DNA of 64,000 nucleotides from Podarcis liolepis (Eukaryota). The translations under genes and the position numbers were made by a program. Positions within the stretch are counted from its first letter, which is position 1. Every line of letters begins with the position of its first letter. The notes below the pieces were generated by a model. That model ran no database searches. It was not told the DNA's origin and was given only the letters and a program-made list of their open reading frames with translations. The stretch is from NCBI GenBank assembly GCA_965112155.1, contig OZ218101.1, one strand, 5' to 3'. Positions 36,354 through 49,767 of the stretch are shown here, piece after piece.

Positions 36354-38965
36354 CCTCCCCAAAACAAGGTCAGTAACTGCTGTTGGGCTTGGGCTGGCTC
36401 AAGCACTTCCTCCTTAAACCCTCTCTGACCTCGCTCCATCATGGAGAAACTGAAAGCTTAATGGTTAGATGAGCAAATCCAATGAGAGATTTGAACCCTG
36501 TTTAAAGAAGACTGAGCTCTTCCCAAGTGAAGCCGTATAAGGCAGAATATCACCCAATCAAGTTCAAAGTCATGACATTTTCAGTGCTATTATGCGGCAG
36601 TGTTTTATAGTTAGGCACTGGCAGCAATTGGTTCTTGTGGCCAACACTGGGTGGAAGCCGTCCTCCAGATTTTGCAGCCCCTCAACAAAATAACAGAGCT
36701 CCTATCCTAGAGAACACAGAGAAAAAGAAGGATATAGGTGCAGAGGCATGGTATTGGCCAGATGTGCAATTTTTATTAGCACATACTTCTTTAGAGACTT
36801 GTGTGTGTGTCCCAGGATATAAGTCCCATAGTTCACTTAAGTTAAGCACTGGGGTGAAAAGGGGGGAGGCAACGCCCATCTGAGCACATCCATTTATTTA
36901 TACTTTGAATCAAAAGCAAACAGCTAAACTGAGGTAGTTCTCAAATTTACCTTTCAACAGGTAACCATTCTTTCAGTGATGTTTTGATCCTGTGAGATCT
37001 GTCTGTCTGGAATGTTTAAAAGGGTGATGAGGGAGCACAATTAGCATTAAAAGGAAATGGTTAATTATTCTTCTCTGTAATTCGCCAACCTTTTCTTTTA
37101 ATAAACATATTAAAAATTGAGAATCCTAAGTTCAAGATTTAATTACCAAACCCTGCTCAACAATTATAAAAGAAATTTGCAGAGGAGACATTGTGGCATC
37201 TGTCCCCATCAAACATTATCTTTAATAGAAGGTTTTGCTCAGTAGCTCATATTATAATGATGCTGTACAAAGTAAAATTAGGAAGTGAAAATTATCTTCA
37301 AATACAAGTGGATAACCTTTATCACAGATAGGCTTCTGCTCCTTAACTCAGTTTTCAGACTTTATGAAACTAACCAATTAATTATAGCCTATACTTTCAA
37401 GGATATGTCTCAGTGCTATGGTATGCAATATAACTTTAAGACTAGTTGAAGCTTTCTACCTTTTGGAGAAAATTAAAAGAGTTTCAGTATCATCTCATAG
37501 CAATTATGTATAGATATATATTGTCTCAATTACTTCAAAGGGCATGTCAAAAGCTCTGCTATTATTCCATGTTCCTATTTCCAGGATCAGAGGTGGCAAT
37601 TTCTGGCTTGCTATCCTGAACCAAGTATAAATTAGTTCTTGTTCATATGCAGTTCATTGAATCTTGCATTGTTAATAGACACTACTGGTGGATCATCGAA
37701 TTCACTCCCCAATTATTCATTAGTTCTTCAGGTTCTTTGGTGAATTATAACTTCCATGTTAAAAGTAATATATCCTCCAATCTGGAAGCATTTTCCCTAG
37801 ACCACTTTTTCTTTGAAGCCAATAGCCTAATCAGTGGTTAAAAAATAAAACATCCATGATGGTCCCTGGGACAAACACAAAACTGCAGATTCTAGAGGTC
37901 ACTGAGTAGGCTAGAGTAGCTTCATGTCAAATGGTTCAGCCTATCCACTGGACCCAGACTCACCATCAACCTACTAAAAGTAAACTGTTGCCATCCCTAA
38001 CCGGACTAAAGAGTGGTAGTACCCACTGCAAAAATGCAAGATTTTGCAAATAAATCAAAAGTCAGTAAGGGGTGAGCATCAACACATAAACCAACTATTG
38101 GTTGTATTCAAACAAGCTATTGTATTTACAAAAGAAAAATAACAACCATGAACATGAAGTCATTTAATAAAGACTAGAAAAACAATTTATATATCTAAGT
38201 AAATTGTTCCAATAATTCTTACCTTGTTCACCAGCCTTATTGTCTGTTCCTCTTCTGCAGAGCACAAGGCATTTCTTCAGTACCCTAGAAAGCTCACAGT
38301 GGATAGTGCTAGCTAGGACACACAGAAAGAGATCTGGTGCCTCAGCAACATGCCATTGCCCTGTTCTATGACTAGCTCCTACTGCATCCTACAGTTTAGA
38401 TGGAGCAATTGATGAACTGGATGCATATCACTTGATCTGGGGGAGTACAGAAAGGCCACATCCTCTGGTCTAGATGCTTTGGAGTGGAAGCAATGGCTTC
38501 TTCTTTCTCTTCTGAGCCGGTCTGAGGATTGTGGCAAGAGAACACAATAGCAGCAAGCATCCTTGAAGATGGTGGTGAAATGTTGTTGTTAATATTTACA
38601 GCCCACCTTTCTGCTTAAATCCAAAATACCTAAAGTAGTCAAAATCATCACCATCACTTCAGAAACATGAAAGCAGGCAAAATGAAACAGGCAATGACTA
38701 ATAAACATTATGGAGCAGGCTGGCACAAACCTGCTGATGAGTGATGTATTTTGTTCTTACTTTTGAAAGTCATCTTATGGTTGTTTTTATGCTGTCCACT
38801 GCCAAGATATTCCTTCTTAATGTTGGTAGGATTAAAATGTTTGCAAATAAATATATAGATAAATTCAGAGGCACCTCAGCTCTGAATACCACTTGCTGGG
38901 AATCCTAGCTGGGGAGAACATTGTTGCACTCAGGGCTTGGTTGTAGGCTTTTCATAGGCCTCTGC

Positions 38966-39180
38966 TTAGCTGACGAACAAATCGGTTCCCAAACGCCAGA
39001 AACCCAGAAATAATTATTCCATTTTTTGAATGTTTTTTGGAAGCTGAACGTCCGATGCAGTTGTCGGCTATTGTTTTTGGGGCGTCTGAGCCAATCGGAA
39101 GCCACGCCTTGGTTTTCAAATGTTTCGGAACTCAAATAGACTTCTGGAATGGATTACGTTCAAGGACCAAGGTACCACTG
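38966..39180 (+). mobile_element. Second pogo/Tigger-like MITE family, left end truncated
   Basis: Right TIR ccaaggtaccactg shared with the 515-740 family but a different internal sequence. Confidence 0.7.
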
Positions 39181-41254
39181 TGCTGGACAGGGTTCCCTTT
39201 TGCTTCTAAATAAACATGAAAGTAAATCAAACGAAATGCAGCCCCCTATGCACATATAGTGCCTGCCAGTGCTTGGCAATACCCCTTTCTTGATTGTTCA
39301 CTGCAAAGCATGAAGCAAATTTAGAAATTTTATTGAATTACTGCTGGGCTGCTTTACACTCCTTGTAGGTTCTGTTTGGCTTGATCCATCCTCAAGACTA
39401 CTATAGAGGTAGGTGTTAGCTATAACACAGAGGGTGGCTCTTGATCTAAAGTTCAAAGTGGCAATTTAGCTGCCCACATTCATATTTCATTCATTGCATT
39501 TTCATAATTAGTTTCACTTCCCTCCCACCTTCTTTCCTGGGGAATCCTCAGTACCTTGCTTCTCAGCAAGCCACACATATTGATCAAATGACAAAGCAGC
39601 ATGTTAACATGTTTCATAAGGGCATGAATTATCTTTTGCTTTCAGGTCCCTTTAATAAGAAGAAGCATTTAGAGTGCTTATGGGAATAATCAGCTTAAAG
39701 CTTTTGCAATTGACCTCAGCCACCTTCTGAAAGATGGCACCTTTTACAGGAAAATTGTGCATGGGATCTTCCTTTCATTGCACAACTGTAGAGGGGCAGA
39801 AGAAGACACATACGCCCTGCATGACAGCTGAGATCTGAAGCATACACTTTCTTCCTATACTACCAGAGGGAGGGGGGGTTGTATTAATCCCAACACATTA
39901 ACTTGTCTCCTAAAATGTTTCACAGTTTTCCTCTAGAGGACTGACAATATTAATAAAGAAGCAGAAGTACCCTGCAGTAATCCTAACATGTCAGACCTTT
40001 CTGCAACACCTTCCAATTACTGAACAATCCTTCCCCAGATCCCTTGAACAAATCACACCAACACCCTGGTTTCCTATATACAGTGGTGATGGATTGTTGT
40101 CCCTACTGGATCTACTGTAGAAACTGCCCAGCCCAATGGAAGCTCCAACAGAGTGTTTTTGCTGCTGTTGCTGCTGTTGCTGCTGCTGAAAGCTTGTATA
40201 ATAGGAAAATGTGTTGCCCACATTAATGTTGGCTGATGGGTTTGGCACTCTGCTCAGCAGCACATCACCCGCTCCCAAAAGCCACATTTCAATGGAGAAG
40301 TGGCCATTGGACAACTTAGTCTAACATTCAATGTGGTTGCTGTGTTTTGCCCTTGGTTGTTGCTCAGCAGGACCAAGAAGTATAGTTAGCCCAGTAGCAT
40401 CTACTACACTATTAATCTGAACACTTAAGCCATGCAAAGATGCCTTCTCATGACGATCAGGGATTAAGTGTGTGTGTCTGTTTGCACATTCCATGTCTGT
40501 CATTTGTCTGCAATAGTACACTGGCAAAAGCATGTATTCAAATTTGAAAATTGCTCATTCCTACTTTCAGCACCACAATAATAACAACCACAAGCACACA
40601 CAAATAGCATGAAAGAGGCTCAAAGGTGCTTTTAAAGTCTTTCAGGAAAACTATGTGTATTATTAGTAGCAATTGTAACAATAGATCTTATGCCCTATTC
40701 CTTAAAAAAAAGAATATATTGTAAAAACAGAACTATTTGACTCCCAAGGCATTGTTAATGTATATGATTGAACTGAAATTATACTGGATGGAGGGAGCAG
40801 CACCCTACTGCTAATATTGACTTTCTGTTTAACCAGAGCCAGGCTATTTTATTCCCTGCCCAGATTTCCCTACTTACAAGATGAGGAAACTGATAACCTT
40901 CCTTTGTAAAAAGCTGGCAGGGGGAGAAGCAACATACACTAATATTATGTAAATACAAGTGGGGAACCATGGACGATATTTTCATAAAAGAAAGCACAGA
41001 GGGACATTAAATGGAAGGAAAATATCTGAGGCCAGTCACTACCCATCTGGGTACTTTGCAAGCCAAGCAGATGGGCAGCAGTGATAGTCTTTAGAGCAGT
41101 TTAGAAAGATCCCAGGCAGCCAATTGACCCAAGGGCTTTGGGGCAGAAGGGTTTGTGGGGGGAGAGTTACTCCTTCTCTTTCTGAACTCCTTCTGCGTAC
41201 AGAGAAAGAATGAAGCTCTAATCCAGGCTCAGGGAAGAGCTCTCTTTGGAGTGT

Positions 41255-41414
41255 TTTATACTGAGTCAGAACATTGGTTCAGAATTGTCCACACTGACCA
41301 CTAGCAGCTCTCTAGGGTCTGAGACGGAAGTCTTTCTCAGCCCTACCTGGATATGGGAGGGATTGAACCCAGGATCTCCTGCAAAGTGTGTTCCACTACT
41401 GAGCGGCAGCCCTT
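41255..41414 (-). mobile_element. Old tRNA-derived SINE
   Basis: cagccctacctggatatgggagggattgaacccagg...ccactactgagc is the reverse complement of the 36181/49592 family. Confidence 0.65.
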
Positions 41415-42888
41415 GCATGAGCTCAAGAAAGTGGAGATATCATTATGGCTTTAAGAGCTACATGTGAACATTGTCTGCCTAGTCCAGCATCTTGTTCTCA
41501 CATTGGCCAACCAGATGCCTGCAGAACCCAAGCACAAAAGTGTTCTTCTCTCCTGTGGCTTCCATCAATTAGTGCAAAGTGGTAAGCTTCTCCTTTTTCT
41601 CCCCAGACCCCAAAATGATCACAGAGGCATGGGATTGGCTGTAAGGAAAAGCAAGCTGGATCTCGTCTGTACGCTGTTCTCTGCTTTCAAGTTTCCTTGG
41701 TAGCACAAGGAAAGCATTTATATGCAACTCCCACCAGTTTGGGGGCAGCAGGTGGGTCAAAAGGCAGGTGCATTTTGACTTCCCGTATTTTTCAGCATAT
41801 ATATCTGGGGTTCTTGTTGGTGGCATTTTAGCCTGCATTTTACTACAGCTGTAAGCCATCTACACATCCTTACTGGCATCTTTTGGTCCAAAAAGGAAAG
41901 TGTGCAAGTTTATTTTAGTACAAAGGACATCACTGATGTAAGAAATGCAAATATCCCTTGCAGTGTAAGATAATATGGGGTAACAGTCAAATTCTACACA
42001 GCACCATCCTTGGAGTGATTTGTTTTTCAAAGAAATGCGTGAAGCTAAATTTTAATCAACATCACACACCTCTTTGGCTGTAAATGATGCTGTATGGAAA
42101 AAGTAAACCATCCTTGGAATTGAACATTAAACTTCTTTTTATCTTGTTCATTTTCAAGCCCACTAATGATCACTAAATCCTAGGCAACTAATGGTGTGAA
42201 ACACGTTAAGTGGTAATCAGACATCAGTAAGAGGTCAAGCTCACTATGGACTTGCTCCGGTAATGTCTAATCTTTGTTCACTTTAGAGAAGAGCCTTTTG
42301 AGACTTTCCAGACTTGTCACTGAAAGAATGGGGACATCTAAGCACTAAACATTAAATTGACTTTGTTCTGATGGACTAATGGTAGCTCATGAACCAGGGA
42401 AAAGGGTAAGTCCAAGGAAAACAACACCTAGCTTACTCTTGTCAGTGATTCTGCAATAAAGCTACCAAAGCTAGAATGTTAAGGAAAAAAGTACTGAGGC
42501 TGCTTGAAGGCATGTTTGCAGCAAAGATTACCTTCTTCATGCAGATCAATTGTTCTGCCACTAAATTATGGCCATTTCCCCTTTCCTCAGATTTTTTTTT
42601 TAAATGTGGGTTGTTGTTTGTTTGTTTGTTTGTTTGTTTTTATGTTGTAAAGCACCTTGTGATTTTTGGATGAAGGGCAGTATAGAAATTTAATAAATTA
42701 GTGAACAACAACAATAAGTAGGAGCAGGGAAATGCAAAACATGATGACATTACACTTCAGGGGAAATAATGTGAGGTGTGGTTGCCATTTTATGGCCTCT
42801 AAGCTAAACCACTCTCCAAAGTTTGGTAGAGTTATGTAGCATAGTCTTTGAGACAATTATATATAATGAAAAATAATCTGATACCAGT

Positions 42889-43011
42889 AATTATTATTAT
42901 TATTATTTATACCCCACCCATCTGGCTGGGTTTCCCCAGCCACTCTGGGCAGCTTGCAGCATACATAAAAACATAATAAAAACACCAATCCTTAAAAACT
43001 TCCCTAAGCAG
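42889..43011 (-). mobile_element. L2 LINE 3' tail
   Basis: tttataccccacccatctggctgggtttccccagccactctgggc...aaaaacttccctaagcag is the reverse complement of the 14597-15069 tail. Confidence 0.85.
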
Positions 43012-44112
43012 TAGTAAGGAAGTTCAGATCAAAATTTTAAGGCCTGTCTTTAGGCAGATGTATTTACTTCAAATGTTTAATATCCCATCCTTCAACCAAA
43101 ATACCCAAGGTAGCTGGCAGCTAAAGCTGTTAAAACAACAACACGGAAGCACACAGCAATTAAAAATGGACTACAGTCAAATCGAGATAAAAACAACAGC
43201 CAAAATCCATATATTGAACACTGTCCAGTCAGTTCTGCTAATCAGAGCCCCCCAAATACCTGGAAGAATCAATAAGTCTTCACTATCTTATTAAAAGTCA
43301 TAGAGGGGTATGGCATCTGAAGCCTTCCTTTCAGTAACACATTCCGTAATTTTGTTGTAGCCTCAGTGAACATTGTCCTTTGCAGACCTGCCCAATGCAA
43401 AGCATGGACCTCATTGCTGTTGAGGCTCATCTAGAAGGAGACATTCTTTTGAGTACGTTGGACACAGTCTCTTTTAAGCTTTATAAATTACAGCCATCTC
43501 CTTGAGTCATGCCTATAAGCAAACTTAATAGTCTATAAAAGCCATTGATGTTTGCATGGAAACTGCACAGTGTCATCTCAATGGCATTGGTGTGTGGGTG
43601 GGTGGGTGGGTGGGTGGGTGTGGGTGTACTGAGAAGGCGAATGCATTTTTTGCATAAATTTGCCTCACCCCTCATTTGGGCTTCAGTAAATTTCACAGTC
43701 CACCCATGCAACGCAGTGGATGCTACCCAGCTTTCTGACAATTACTGGAAGAGCTCTGGCATTTTACCAAAGGGTTTCTGGTGAAATGCAAAACTTATGC
43801 TTAGCTAGTATACAACCACCTTTTAGGTGAGGGAGCATTTATTAGGGGAGAAGGGAGAAAGCAGCATTCAGCCTGCCACTTTATTAGTCAATTGCTTTGG
43901 TAATTTAAAGTAGATTGGGCATGAAGCTGAGGTCAATTGCCTGAGTTGAGGCATGCAATCTCATTTTGAGTTTGGAATTTGAACTTCAGTGTGAACCTCG
44001 AGGCAGCTACTTCTGTTGCTCCAATAACTCTGGCTGTCACCAGATTCAAAAACAGAAGCCTAAAATTTCTAATCTGCATATTCTAATTATACAATTCTGC
44101 TCCTTGCAATAC

Positions 44113-44257
44113 TATTTTACTTTTAAAAGACAACTGAAGGCGGCCCTGTTTAGGGAAGTTTTTAATATCTGATGCTGTACTGTTTTGAATATTTGGTTGG
44201 AAGCCGCCCAGAGTGGTGGGGGAAATCCAGTGAGATGAGTGGGGTATAAATAAATAA

Positions 44258-44317
<60 letters not shown>
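44113..44317 (+). mobile_element. L2 LINE 3' end with (ATT)n tail
   Basis: FKRQLKAALFREVF, ggaagccgcccagagtgg, long ATT repeat. Confidence 0.88.
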
Positions 44318-44438
44318 TAAAAGAGGCACCAGAACTCACCATGAACACCTCCCTCATTCTCTTAGAATGGCAATGGCACCCACCAGAGAGGTACCAGAAC
44401 AGAGTTCTAGTGAGTTCCAGCTAAAAAAAAAAAGCCCT
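44318..44438. mobile_element. Short hAT-type MITE (partial)
   Basis: gaggcaccagaactcacc...gagttctagtgagttccagctaaaaaaaaaaagccctg; related fragment at ~28640-28697. Confidence 0.55.
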
Positions 44439-44886
44439 GTACATATGCATATTTCTCATCTGTACATATGTTTGCTTTCCATATTGTGCATGAAGGATTG
44501 CTTCATATGTTTGATGGGCCACAAGTTGTGTGGTGTGTGCAGGACTGGTATTCATTTAAATTGGCCAAAGGGTTTTAAATTGCATTTCTACATGAAAACT
44601 CTAACCCTTTTCTATATTTATATAGCTCACACTCTGTGTTGGGAAAAATAATGATACACTGAATTCATCCAAGACTCGTTACAAATACAAAAGCTGTTCT
44701 GTGGTGAAAGTGACAGGAGTACTGATCTACCTACCATTGAAAATACAGGTGTCCCATCAAAATCTTTTCTCACTCCTAATTTTCTCTTCCATCATTTTCT
44801 CTGTAATTTCATCACACTCTGAAGATAATGTGTTTACTCACTCATTTTTTCCCCCAGTGAGAAAGATAGCATTGAAATTATCAATA

Positions 44887-45119
44887 CAGTGGTACCTCGA
44901 GTTACAGATGCTTCAGGTTACATACGCTTCAGGTTACAGACTCCACTAACCCAGAAATATTGCTTTGGGTTAAGAACTTTGCTTCAGGATGAGAACAGAA
45001 ATCATGCTTTGGCATCGCGGCGGCAGCAGGAGGCCCCATTAGCTAAAGTGGTTAAGAACAGTTTCAGGTTAAGAACGGACCTCCGGAACGAATTAAGTAC
45101 TTAACCCGAGGTACCACTG
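44887..45119 (+). mobile_element. Tc1/mariner-pogo MITE, copy 3
   Basis: cagtggtacctcgagtta...taacccgaggtaccactg; TA TSD. Confidence 0.92.
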
Positions 45120-45374
45120 TAAATAGTTCTTAGAGTTGACAATACTTAATGACACATGGGAAGCCCAGAAGGATCAGATCAAATATGGAGCTGGCCAACC
45201 AGATGCCTATGGGAAACCTGCAATCAGAACACAAAGGCATTTTTTTTAGAGTGGTGACCAGAACTGGATGGCCATGCCATTTTCCCAACTATGGAATTTG
45301 CTGTTTTCACAAATGGCATACCCTGGGTTGACATCATCATAGAGCTACCCACCATAACTTGAAAATGTATTTCC

Positions 45375-45498
45375 TAGCTGCAAGTTTAGACCTTGGAATC
45401 ATACTTTTTTGATCCAGCATACATCACTTTGCATTTGATTCCCTTTGCCGTTTTAATGCCCATTCACCCAGTTTGGAGAGATCTTTATGCAGTTGCTC

Positions 45499-45556
<58 letters not shown>

Positions 45557-46190
45557 TTTTGTTTCTGAACAAACCTGCCACCTCACTGCTCACCCCTTAC
45601 TCTGGATAATTTATGAACAAGTTGAAAAGTGCAGTTCCTTGGGAACTCCACTTGTTACATTTCTCTGTAGTGAGTTCTTTGACACTCTCAAAGAACTTTA
45701 AAAGGTTAGTTAGACAGGACTTACCTTTTCAGAAGCGATGCTAGTTCTTCTACAGCAACACTTGTCCTTTCTATACTTTTGGTAATTTAATTTTCAATAA
45801 TGTTTTTCACCAGTTTCCTGGAATAGACATTACGCTATACAGCCTGTAACCCACCCCTCCCATATTTAAAATAGTGTTTCCTCAAGTAGAGAAACTAAAG
45901 GGGGAAGTTACATATTTAATTGCTGCTAGAAGAGCAGCAATTTCACATTTGAGTTCTTTATAAGAACTCCCGGGTGCATGTCATCTGGACCTGGTGATTT
46001 GTATCTTTTTAATTTGCCAATAGCTCAGAGAGCTTCATCTCTCATCACCACTATTTGTCTCAGTTCTTCAAATTCTCTTTCTGAGAAAGTTAATACAGAT
46101 GTAGGAATCTGCCATGTACTTTCCACACAAAAGGCAGACACAAAGAATTCATTCAGGTTTTCTGCAACCTTCTTTCTCTCTTTTGTAAGG
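45375..46190 (-). mobile_element. Decayed CR1 LINE ORF2 fragment (multiple deletions; (CT)n at 45504-45554)
   Basis: Minus-strand segments translate as VAENLNEFFVSAF and KLKRYKSPGPDDMHPGVL..ELKCEIA, resembling CR1 KSPGPDGIHPRVLKELKCEIA. Confidence 0.8.
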
Positions 46191-47164
46191 AATTTGTGAT
46201 GGGGCCCAAGCTGAATTCAAAAATTCAGGTTTTGGAGATTTCATAATGCTCTATGTCATGTGCAGTGTGATATAATACGATTCACTGAGCTGCGTGGTAA
46301 CCTGAAAATATGGTGAAACAATCATATTACTGCTTCACTGTGTGCCAAACTTTTCATAGGCCCCCATCAATCCACAGCATCAGCGTGCCAATTTAGTTCT
46401 GTTAATTGACTTCTACACATCATCTGATCTGAAACTTAACAGTAGTGGTAAAATAAAAGTTTCCAATAAGTGGCATCTGAAAACCAGCTCTTTATGTGGC
46501 TTAACATTTTACTCTGTTATTAAAGCAATGTTGTCCTTTTCTTTTGTAGGGAATGCAAGAAAATGAAGGGGCTTACTAATGAGGTGCGCAGACAGAACAA
46601 AGAGCTGAAAATACTAGCTAATGCCAAACCATCTTGAAAAATATAGATCTGTTTTTCTTCTCTGCTTTGTTGACTGTGATTTGTAATGACAGTAGACAAA
46701 GCTATTTCAAAACGAAGAGAGCGAGAGCAGGGAGGGGGGGTCACCATATCCCTTAGAAGTATAAAACAGCCTCATTAATTCTTATGCCTGAGGCTATCTA
46801 AGACATTTGGGTAAGCAGACAATAGTGGCATGTCTACACTACCAATTTCCCATGAGACATTGTGGCACTGAGGGTGATTTAATCAGCAGCTGGTTTACAG
46901 CATATATATTGAAAAAGCTTGGTCTTGGAGCCAGAATCATCAGAAGCTATGTTCCCACAATACATCAGCACATCACTTTGAAGAGGGGAAACTCTTTCTG
47001 CTTGTGTACAACATGATATTCAACTATCATAGCTGCCATGTGCTATTGGCCCTCTCTCGCCTTTGCTTATCTTGGGCTTTATCCATGCTTCAGATCAATG
47101 TTTTTTGGGTGAACAGGAAATTATAGAAGGTGGGGAGAGTGAATGTCTGCTGAATGCATCCTTC

Positions 47165-47270
47165 AGCTTGGACTACAACTCCCTTCAGCCTCAGACAGCA
47201 TGGCCAATGGTCAGGAATGATGGGAGTTGCATTTCAAAATGTCTTGAAGGAACCAAGGTGAAAAAGGCTG
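47165..47270. mobile_element. Palindromic hAT-type MITE remnant
   Basis: ggactacaactcccttca...tgatgggagttgca. Confidence 0.6.
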
Positions 47271-47699
47271 TGTGAGGTATACATGTATTATAGCTGTCAA
47301 CCTTCCCTTATTTGGTGGGAAACTCCCTTATTCCAGTGCCATTTCCTGCTGCTATCCCGAATTGTTGATATCCCGTAAATTTCCCAGATTTCAAAGGAAG
47401 CAGCTCCTCTCCCTCCCTGCCCACCAGGGAGGCTCCTCAACTGCGTTGCTCGGCTGCCCAATAAGGAGTCTGAGAACGACTGGGGGGGGGGGGAGCTTGC
47501 ATGCCTTGTGCCGATCAAATCGGCCGCATTGCCTGGGGACTCGCCTTTGCTTCAGCGCTTCCCAGTGGTGTGGTGGTTTCCTTGCTGCTGATTCCCTTTG
47601 CCGGGTCGCTGTGCTGTGGGAACCACCGCTTGAGGCTTCATTTGGCTGCTGGCTGGGCTTTCTGCCTTTGGGCCTTTGGCTCAGAGGGGCTGTACTGTT

Positions 47700-47764
<65 letters not shown>
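47700..47764. repeat. (TG)n(GA)n compound microsatellite
   Basis: Directly visible. Confidence 0.97.
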
Positions 47765-47767
<3 letters not shown>

Positions 47768-48025
47768 TGTCACTTAAGCTGATAGTAGGAATGCTGTAGC
47801 TTCATACACTTACCTTCACACAATGTGTAATTAACTTGGGGAATTTTTTTTACCGCAGGATGTGGTGAGGTCAGTACTTTAGATTTACAAGGGGATCTGA
47901 GAGATGAATGGGAGATACGGTTTGTCAGTATTAATGGACAGCTAAACAGAAACTTAACCCCAAAAGTTAGGACCAAGATTCAAATCCTGACTGGGTAACT
48001 TTGCTCACTAGTAACATTGAACTAT

Positions 48026-48101
48026 GAGGACGAATGTTCTCGAAGCTACCAGCATGAGTTTGACCAAACTGTGGAAGGCAGTGGAAGACAGGAGTGCCTG
48101 G
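48026..48101 (+). mobile_element. Internal Bov-B fragment within the hAT element
   Basis: tgttctcgaagctaccagcatgagtttgaccaaactgtggaaggcagtggaagacaggagtgcctgg is near-identical to 34701-34767 of the Bov-B copy. Confidence 0.85.
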
Positions 48102-49399
48102 GACAGGTGAGGCTGCTGATCCCTTATTTTCAAATCTGAAAGTTGACAGCTATGACAGGTGTGTGTATGGAATGTCATTTAGTTTTAAAAGAAACTTGAT
48201 CTGTTTCCCTTTGAACAGGCCTTTCTTATAGCAGCCTAAATATTAGACCATGAGCAATCTTAAATTTGCCTCCACCTCTCTCCCCCTGCCTCCATTTAAG
48301 AACAATGAACATATGCAAATCTAATATTACCCCTCTTCTTTTTGGGTATCAACCCAAATCTCTATGGGCTTCCCTTTTTGTCTTTTTTGCCTGCCTTAAG
48401 TTGTTCTTTGACAGGTATTATATACTTACAACTCTGTCAGTGCTATAGAAATTACATTACAAAAGATGGCAACAGCAGCAGTATACCTCACTCGGCATGC
48501 CCACAGCCATCTGCCAGAGCTGATGGTATAATAGATTTTTAGTGCTGTCGCATTTTGCAGAAAGATGCCCTGCAAGTAGACTGTGGTGATCTGCAATATG
48601 GTCTTGAACTTAGAATTCAGTTAAAGGGAGATATATATGGTATGAACATTGGAAATGCAATAAAGGGTAGCTGCATCATGTACTACCCTTTGCACCTGTT
48701 AAGACCCCCTGGCAGCACCTCATCAGTCAGCAAGTTACAAAAAGAGAGAGGGGAAAAACATCCAGAGAAAGAAAATCCACTTTTTTGGCATAACTTGCAA
48801 AAAAAAACCACAAAAAACCCCACCCTTGAAATTCACTTGGCATGTCTCAAAATACTTTCTTTTATTAGGAAACCATTACAAGAATGACTGGTGACATGGG
48901 CACCCCATGAAGTGTCACTCATCCTTAGAAATCTTCCCCTTCTGTGCATATTCCTTCTCTCAGCTACTTGATAAATATAGAATGCCTTTCATTGCAAAAA
49001 AAATAAACCCTCCACAAAAACAGTGTCACACAAGGAGTTGAGATATTTTGGTCAAAACACTATGAACATGTCGGTTTCCGTAACCTGAGTTGGTTCAGGC
49101 TAAGTTAACATTTACGCCAGAAAGCTAATTTTAAACCAATAACTTCACATGAAATTTAGATTTATAATGCTGCTAGAGATGGCCTTTTCGCATTGAAATG
49201 TAAAAATCAATTATAACACTGGGTTGTGTAGCGAGAATAGCTAACATTAAACTGAAGGTCCCATAAAAGGGCACTTGAATGTATTAGAAAGTATTACGTA
49301 TAAAGGCACATATACTCTTAAGTAGTTACTGACACCCCAAATTCTGAAATACTTCAACCCATTGCCTCCTCTGGTCCTGTGTTTATTTTATAAGGGCAG

Positions 49400-49402
<3 letters not shown>

Positions 49403-49452
<50 letters not shown>
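49403..49452. repeat. (GA)n microsatellite
   Basis: Directly visible. Confidence 0.97.
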
Positions 49453-49454
<2 letters not shown>

Positions 49455-49591
49455 ACTGGATGGGCCCCTCAAGACCCCTCCACACATTGCATGTATATGT
49501 GGAAGGGCCAGTAGGATTGCACCTCTTAACCCTGCCCCAGTATTGCATATCTCAACCCTTGACACCAATATGAACACCAGTCGTGCCCAGA

Positions 49592-49767
49592 AAGGCCATA
49601 GTGGCTCAAGCTGTAGAGCATCAGAAGGCTTAAAGTTGATACTTGGCATCTTCAGGTAGGGCTGGGAGAGAATCATTTCTGAAATCCTGGAGAGGTGCTT
49701 CCAGTCAATGTAGAAAATAGTCAGTTGGATGGACCAATGTCAGTAGGAGGAACCTTCCTATGTTCCT
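49592..49767 (+). mobile_element. Old tRNA-derived SINE
   Basis: gtggctcaagctgtagagcatc...ggcatcttcaggtagggctggga...ttcctatgttcct. Confidence 0.7.

Larger units (their letters stand above)
47289..48154. mobile_element. Non-autonomous hAT element (~865 bp)
   Basis: TIR atagctgtcaac / gttgacagctat; degenerate 8-bp TSD acatgtat (47281-47288) / acaggtgt (48155-48162); subterminal tccctta repeats. Confidence 0.75.

Noticed and set aside
40140-40190. PolyQ-encoding (CAG/CAA) tract in minus-strand ORF 39991-40314
   Set aside because: A short simple repeat with no supporting coding context.
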